Shown here in pieces: positions 1-4,359 of a DNA stretch of 6,166 bases (within the stretch, counting starts at the first letter, position 1; each line of letters opens with the position of its first letter). The stretch covers positions 1 through 6,166 of the forward strand of contig CALBUD010000030.1 of assembly GCA_937968065.1 (NCBI GenBank), written 5' to 3'. The DNA comes from Candidatus Iainarchaeum sp. (GTDB lineage: Archaea; Iainarchaeota; Iainarchaeia; Iainarchaeales; CSSED10-239). The position numbers were made by a program, and so were the translations under genes. A model generated the notes under the pieces. It ran no database searches and was not told the DNA's origin. It saw nothing but the letters and a program-made list of their open reading frames with translations.

Positions 1-26
1 ATTTTTATTAAAAAAAAAGAGAAACT

Positions 27-773
27 ATGAACATAATTTATCTATATACTTTAATTAGTATTTTAATTGTAAGTTTAATATCCTTAATAGGTGTTATTCT
101 ATTATTTACAAAAAAGAAAAACCTATCAAAACCACTTTTATTTTTAATAAGTTTTTCAGCTGGTGCTCTTTTAGGAGATGCTTTTATTCATCTAATACCA
201 GAAAGTTTTGAAAGTTTTAATCCTTTAATAGTTTCTTTTTCAATACTTGCAGGAATAATAATATTTTTTATTTTAGAAAAAATAATACATTGGAGACACT
301 GTCATATGCCAACCTCTAAAGAACATATACATCCTTTAGGTAAAATGAACCTTATTGGAGACTCATTACATAATTTTTTAGATGGTATAATAATAGCAAC
401 AAGTTATATTGTTTCTATTCCTTTAGGTATTGCAACAACAATAGCTGTTGTTTTACATGAAATTCCACAAGAGATAAGTAATTTTGGAGTTTTAGTATAT
501 GCAGGATATTCAAGAAAAAAAGCATTATTTTTAAATTTTTTAATATCTTTAACAGCTATTATAGGTGGAATCATAGGTTTATTATTAAGCAAATATATTA
601 ACTCTTTTGCAACCATAATGATTGCATTTACTGCCGGTGGTTTTATTTATATAGGAGCATCAGATTTAATACCAGAACTTAAGAAAGAGACAAGTTTTAA
701 AAAGACAAGCATACAAATATTAGGTATAATTCTAGGAATTGCTTTAATGGCACTTTTAATATTTTTAGAATAA
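27..773 (+). CDS. ZIP-family divalent metal (zinc/iron) transporter, 248 aa
   Basis: Complete ATG..TAA ORF. Multiple hydrophobic helices. His-rich loop HWRHCHMPTSKEHIHP between helices. ZIP signature helices LHNFLDG and HEIPQEISNFGVL, which match the HNFxDG / HExPxE metal-site motifs of ZIP/ZupT/GufA proteins. Confidence 0.9.
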   Translation: MNIIYLYTLISILIVSLISLIGVILLFTKKKNLSKPLLFLISFSAGALLGDAFIHLIPESFESFNPLIVSFSILAGIIIFFILEKIIHWRHCHMPTSKEHIHPLGKMNLIGDSLHNFLDGIIIATSYIVSIPLGIATTIAVVLHEIPQEISNFGVLVYAGYSRKKALFLNFLISLTAIIGGIIGLLLSKYINSFATIMIAFTAGGFIYIGASDLIPELKKETSFKKTSIQILGIILGIALMALLIFLE

Positions 774-778
774 AGGAG
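773..778 (+). promoter_or_regulatory. Shine-Dalgarno AAGGAG serving the 54-aa ORF
   Basis: AAGGAG overlaps the last base of the ZIP stop codon. It ends 6 nt before the ATG at 785. Confidence 0.5.
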
Positions 779-784
779 TAATTT

Positions 785-949
785 ATGGTAGAAAAAAACA
801 CTGTTGTTTATATAACTGCTATTCTAGGAGCAATTGTTATTGCAGCATTAATAGTTGTTTTTTCAGGTAAATATGCGTGGACAATTATTTTTACAACATT
901 TATAATCTTATATTTTGGATATCTAATATTAAAAATAAATAAAAAATAA
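785..949 (+). CDS. Small hypothetical two-TM membrane protein, 54 aa (not in the supplied ORF track)
   Basis: Hand translation: MVEKNTVVYITAILGAIVIAALIVVFSGKYAWTIIFTTFIILYFGYLILKINKK*. ATG..TAA ORF, with a strong AAGGAG at ideal spacing. It starts 11 nt after the ZIP gene on the same strand. Two clear hydrophobic helices are separated by SGKYAW, and the C-terminus is basic. Confidence 0.5.
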   Translation: MVEKNTVVYITAILGAIVIAALIVVFSGKYAWTIIFTTFIILYFGYLILKINKK

Positions 950-950
950 A
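931..950 (-). terminator. T-rich tract (TTTATTTTTTATTTATTTTT on the - strand), candidate termination signal for disA
   Basis: It follows the disA stop (952-954) immediately on the - strand. It lies inside the last codons (LKINKK) of the 54-aa ORF. Confidence 0.3.
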
Positions 951-951
951 A

Positions 952-2076
952 TTATATTTTTTTATTATATATCTTAACTAACTCTTCAAAGATTAACTTA
1001 CTTGTATTTACATCAATTCCTGGTATTTTTGAAATACTTAAACTATTTAGATTTTTTATAAAAGAAATAGATTCTTTATTTTTTATAAGAATTTCAATAA
1101 TCCTATCATCAATAGAACCTATTTTTTGAAAAATTCTAAAACCTCTTGGAAAAATATTTAGCCTTTTAGATACAAAGTCAGAAATTTCTAAAAAATCAAC
1201 TAATGTTTCTGAATCTGCAATTTTTCTAATACCTAATTGTTTAAGATAAACTACTTTTTCTAAAGCTTCTTGTTTTGTTAAAAATTTATTTGAATAATCT
1301 CTTAAAATAATAGATAATTCTTCATCAATTCCTTCTGTTGTTTCATATAAGGTATTTGAGATATCTTGACCATGAGAGCCTAATTCTATTATAAATTCAT
1401 CTATTTGTTTTTCATGTTTTATAAAATATAAAATATTTTGAATAACATCTATAACCTCTTCTTTTAAGTTAGGAAAATTACTAATCTCTTTAAGATATAA
1501 AGATTTAATTTTTTTATCTATCTTTTGTCTATAATCTTTAAGATTATTAATTGCATGATTTGCTTTAACCATTAAAATACTAAAATCTTGCAAAATATAT
1601 TTTTGATCTCTAAAATATAAAGAAATAACATTTCTTCTATGAGAGATAGCTATTACAGGAAGATTTGATTGAATTGCTGTTTGTTCTGCAGATCTATGTC
1701 TCATACCTGTTTCTTTTGAAAAAATATCTTTATCAGGCATTAAATGTTTGTTTGCACCTGTTATTTTTAATAAATCATTTGAAAGAACTATAGCTCCATC
1801 CATTTTAGAAAGTTCAAAAAGCTTTTGAAAAGAAAAAGGAATATCTAGATCAAAACCACCTTTAAGTATAGGTTTAAGTCTTTCTGAGTTTCCAAGAACA
1901 ATTAAAGCACCAAGATTTCCTTGTAAAATCTCATCTAAACCTTTTCTAAGCTCTGTTCCAGGGGTTATTAATGGTAATATTTTAGTAATATCTATAACTT
2001 CGTTATTATGTATATCATTAATTAATTTTTTATTAGAATCTTCTTCTAGAAATATTCTTTTTATTTTTGTAGGCAT
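952..2076 (-). CDS. disA: DisA-type diadenylate cyclase (c-di-AMP synthase / DNA integrity scanning protein), 374 aa
   Basis: N-terminal DAC domain with the hallmark DGA (SKMDGAIVL) and RHR (ETGMRHRSAEQ) motifs, plus ITPGTELRKGLDEI..GALIVL. The block is collinear with my recollection of Thermotoga DisA. A long helical linker follows. The C-terminus has a helix-hairpin-helix-like segment, ISKIPGIDVNTSKLIFEEL. Length and three-domain order match DisA rather than CdaA or DacZ. Confidence 0.85.
   Translation of the reverse strand: MPTKIKRIFLEEDSNKKLINDIHNNEVIDITKILPLITPGTELRKGLDEILQGNLGALIVLGNSERLKPILKGGFDLDIPFSFQKLFELSKMDGAIVLSNDLLKITGANKHLMPDKDIFSKETGMRHRSAEQTAIQSNLPVIAISHRRNVISLYFRDQKYILQDFSILMVKANHAINNLKDYRQKIDKKIKSLYLKEISNFPNLKEEVIDVIQNILYFIKHEKQIDEFIIELGSHGQDISNTLYETTEGIDEELSIILRDYSNKFLTKQEALEKVVYLKQLGIRKIADSETLVDFLEISDFVSKRLNIFPRGFRIFQKIGSIDDRIIEILIKNKESISFIKNLNSLSISKIPGIDVNTSKLIFEELVKIYNKKI
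957..963 (+). terminator. Oligo-T (T7) candidate archaeal-type termination signal for the ZIP/54-aa transcript
   Basis: The T7 run begins 8 nt after the TAA at 947-949. It lies inside the 3' end of the convergent disA CDS (codons ...NKKI). Confidence 0.3.
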
Positions 2077-2261
2077 AAAAAATCTTTTTTTTCCTTAAAA
2101 ATAGTTATATACTATATAGTAAAGCAAATTATTTATAAACTGATTGTGTTTATTTTCCTTGTTTTTAATCAAAATAAAGTTTTTATTAAAAAAACAAGTT
2201 ATTAAAAACCTTTAGATAGTATATTAAGAATATTACAAAAAATAAAAAATAAAGAAAAAAT
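2077..2261. promoter_or_regulatory. Divergent control region between disA and the 124-aa ORF operon
   Basis: 185-nt spacer between two head-to-head start codons. TATA-like TATATAcTATATA (2106-2118) lies 30-42 nt upstream of the disA ATG. TATATTAA (2220-2227) and AATATTAC (2229-2236) lie 26-42 nt upstream of the ATG at 2262. GTTTTTA / TAAAAAC repeats lie at 2161-2209. At this AT content individual boxes are not statistically secure. Confidence 0.35.
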
Positions 2262-2636
2262 ATGAAGATACTATTAATCTCTGGAAAAAAATTTCATGAA
2301 AAACTACCACTTATAAGATTTAATATTAAAAATCACACAGCAATCTTACCAACCTCTGAAATTGGAAAAGTTTCTAATTATTTAAATAAAAGAAAACTTT
2401 ATTTTGAGAAAGATATTGCTCTTTTAAAAGAAGTAGATGGTTTACTTGTATGTAACTTTAAAAAAGGAAAACAAGAAAACTATATAGGAGCCTATTCTTT
2501 AATGATTATGTCACTTTCTTTCTTTTTAGAAAAAAAGATATATTTATTATATGATATACCTAAAAATAAATATAGAGAAGAGATAGAATCTCTAAATGTT
2601 ATTTCTCTTAAAGGAGATTTAAAAAACTTAAAATAA
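2262..2636 (+). CDS. Hypothetical 124-aa protein with a nucleoside 2-deoxyribosyltransferase-like / SLOG-like Rossmannoid layout (tentative)
   Basis: Complete ATG..TAA ORF with lysine-rich coding-like composition. The pattern MKILLISG (strand 1) ... VDGLLVCNFKKGKQENYIGAYSLMIMSLSFFLEKKIYLL ... LKGDL resembles the strand/Gly-loop/helix/strand core of NDT-like domains. No exact family is recognised. Confidence 0.55.
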   Translation: MKILLISGKKFHEKLPLIRFNIKNHTAILPTSEIGKVSNYLNKRKLYFEKDIALLKEVDGLLVCNFKKGKQENYIGAYSLMIMSLSFFLEKKIYLLYDIPKNKYREEIESLNVISLKGDLKNLK

Positions 2637-2646
2637 ATGAGAAAAT

Positions 2647-3273
2647 ATGATAAAAGTAATAGCTTTTGATCTTTGGGGAACACTTGCAATTAGAGGAAAT
2701 CCTTTTTTTCATTTTTCTGAAATTGTAAGAGAAGAGTTTAAAGTTAATCTAACAAGAGATAAAATAATTAGTATTTTTGAAGAAACTGTACAAATAAAAT
2801 ATTGGGAGACAGAAATAGATGCATATACAGAGTTTGCAAGAAGACTTAAAATTTCTCCTACAAAAGATAATATTTTAAAATTACTTTCATTAAGAGATAA
2901 ATCAGAATCAGAAATAATTGTTTTTGATTTTGTATTACCACTTTTAAAAAAACTTAGAAAAAATGGATATAAAGTAGCAATAATATCTAACTCCTCTATA
3001 TTTTCATATAGTTATTTTAAGAAAAAAACAAATCTCTTAGAATATGTAGATTATGAGCTTTTTTCTTTCCAAGTTGGATATGCAAAACCAAATCCACAAA
3101 TATTTTTAGAACTTCAAAGAAGAGCTCAAGTATTTAATAATGAAGTTTTAATGGTTGGAGATGATTTTGAAAGAGATTTTAAAGCACCAAAAAAACTTGG
3201 AATAAATGCTATTCTTTTTAAAAATTATGATGAACTATTAATTGAATTTAAAAAATATAAAATAGATTTATAA
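2647..3273 (+). CDS. HAD superfamily hydrolase, subfamily IA-like, 208 aa
   Basis: Motif I is VIAFDLWGTL, with the nucleophile Asp present and Trp at D+2. Motif II is VAIISNSS. Motif III Lys is in GYAKPNPQIF. Motif IV is MVGDDFERD. A helical cap insert lies between motifs I and II. It starts 10 nt after the 124-aa ORF, so co-transcription is likely. Confidence 0.85.
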   Translation: MIKVIAFDLWGTLAIRGNPFFHFSEIVREEFKVNLTRDKIISIFEETVQIKYWETEIDAYTEFARRLKISPTKDNILKLLSLRDKSESEIIVFDFVLPLLKKLRKNGYKVAIISNSSIFSYSYFKKKTNLLEYVDYELFSFQVGYAKPNPQIFLELQRRAQVFNNEVLMVGDDFERDFKAPKKLGINAILFKNYDELLIEFKKYKIDL

Positions 3274-3298
3274 ATAATCTTTTTTATAAATAAAATTC

Positions 3299-3355
3299 TT
3301 TTAACGCCGAAAAAAAGATAAAAACCACTTTTTTTAAAAGATTTCGGCGTTAAAA
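3299..3355. repeat. GC-cored perfect 14-bp inverted repeat (hairpin); candidate bidirectional terminator or protein-binding palindrome
   Basis: TTTTAACGCCGAAA (3299-3312) pairs perfectly with TTTCGGCGTTAAAA (3342-3355). The 29-nt interior can pair further, A-run/G 3313-3317 with C/T-run 3328-3332. It sits between convergent genes that end at 3273 (+) and 3407 (-). The interior holds a T7 run on the + strand, and a T8 run precedes the stem on the - strand. Confidence 0.4.
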
Positions 3356-3406
3356 AAAACTTACTATTATCTTAAACTATTTTTAATAAATTATTTTTAA
3401 AAATAA

Positions 3407-3604
3407 CTATTTACTAAAAAGTTTTATTAATGGTACTATTGCAAATAAAACAAATAATATAAGATAAACATACCAATCAAGAGAAAGAATTCCTGGCCAA
3501 AACTTTGCAAGCATTAAAGTGAAAAAAAGAACACTTAATTTTATGAAAGCAATATCTTCCCACTTGTATTTAGATATTTTTTTATTACACCATTTAAGAC
3601 ACAT
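3407..3604 (-). CDS. Small hypothetical two-TM membrane protein, 65 aa (start revised to the ATG at 3604)
   Basis: MCLKWCNKKISKYKWEDIAFIKLSVLFFTLMLAKFWPGILSLDWYVYLILFVLFAIVPLIKLFSK*. The track's start at 3616 is a GTG lying inside a GAGGTGAT Shine-Dalgarno. The in-frame ATG 7 nt downstream of that SD is the better start. TAG stop. Two hydrophobic helices. Same strand as, and 61 nt downstream of, the MBL gene. Confidence 0.55.
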   Translation of the reverse strand: MCLKWCNKKISKYKWEDIAFIKLSVLFFTLMLAKFWPGILSLDWYVYLILFVLFAIVPLIKLFSK

Positions 3605-3611
3605 AAAATAA

Positions 3612-3619
3612 ATCACCTC
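3612..3619 (-). promoter_or_regulatory. Shine-Dalgarno GAGGTGAT serving the 65-aa membrane protein
   Basis: The - strand reads AGAGGTGAT-TTATTTT-ATG. This is near-perfect complementarity to the conserved 16S 3' tail (..AUCACCUCC..) with a 7-nt spacer. Confidence 0.55.
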
Positions 3620-3665
3620 TTTTTATAACTATAAGAAAGACAGTTATGTTTATAAAGCTATTTTT

Positions 3666-4232
3666 TTAATAATCATGTCCAGGACAAAGAATATCATACT
3701 CTAATAAAGAAAGCTTTTTTAGAGAAGAAGATATATCTCTTGGAGATGAGAAAGGTAGATCCATTCGTCCTATATTGTCATTAAAGAAAAGAGTATCTCC
3801 AGAAAAAAGAATTTTTCTTTTAGAATCATATATACAGATAGAGCCTTTAGAGTGGCCAGGAGTATATATAACTTCAAGATAATTAGGTAGGTTAAGAGAA
3901 GATATATCGTTAACCTCTATGTTAAAATTATCAGCTAAAGGTTTTAAAAGAATAGCTTTATATTTATTTTCTTTTAAAGAAATTATTGAATCTTTAGATG
4001 CATAAAAAGAAGCTTTTGAAAAAATATGAAAATTTCCTATATGATCATAATGCATGTGTGTAAAAATAACAGTTTTTATTTCTTTTAAAGGAATAACTTT
4101 AGATAAGTCTTGCCTTATCATAAGTTCATCTGTAGGATATCCTGTATCTATTAAAATATTTTCTTTTTTTAAAAAATAAAGATTTGATTCTCCTATTATT
4201 TTAAAAACATCTTTATATATTTCTGAAATCAT
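3666..4232 (-). CDS. Minimal metallo-beta-lactamase-fold hydrolase (glyoxalase II-like), 188 aa
   Basis: All five MBL motifs occur in order: LIDTG, THMHYDHIGN (HxHxDH), TPGHSKGS, FSGDTLF, CPGHDY. The ORF ends immediately after motif 5. Confidence 0.85.
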   Translation of the reverse strand: MISEIYKDVFKIIGESNLYFLKKENILIDTGYPTDELMIRQDLSKVIPLKEIKTVIFTHMHYDHIGNFHIFSKASFYASKDSIISLKENKYKAILLKPLADNFNIEVNDISSLNLPNYLEVIYTPGHSKGSICIYDSKRKILFSGDTLFFNDNIGRMDLPFSSPRDISSSLKKLSLLEYDILCPGHDY

Positions 4233-4359
4233 AACTTCTTTTGTCCAACAAATATTGTTTTTGTTCTTTTATTATTTAATATAAATCAATCACAATCAAT
4301 AAATTATTTATGAACTTACTTTTAATAATTTATTGCGCATAAACCGATCACAACTAATT

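Noticed and set aside
404-616. 70-aa ORF on the - strand inside the ZIP transporter gene
   Set aside because: It is entirely antisense to a CDS with clear family motifs. No start context or recognisable motifs. It is typical of spurious open frames in AT-rich DNA, where stop codons are depleted on the antisense frame.
2106-2118. Perfect palindrome TATATAcTATATA upstream of disA, as a possible operator
   Set aside because: TATATA is self-complementary and low-complexity. It is adequately explained as a TATA-box-like promoter element, and it is kept only within the promoter-region feature.
2492-2689. 65-aa ORF on the - strand spanning the junction of the 124-aa ORF and the HAD gene
   Set aside because: It overlaps two better-supported + strand genes and their intergenic RBS region. 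Low-complexity K/F/L/I-rich translation and no SD.
3605-3616. GTG start (3616) given by the ORF track for the small membrane protein (69 aa)
   Set aside because: The GTG is part of the GAGGTGAT Shine-Dalgarno. The in-frame ATG at 3604 has ideal 7-nt spacing, so the 65-aa form is preferred.
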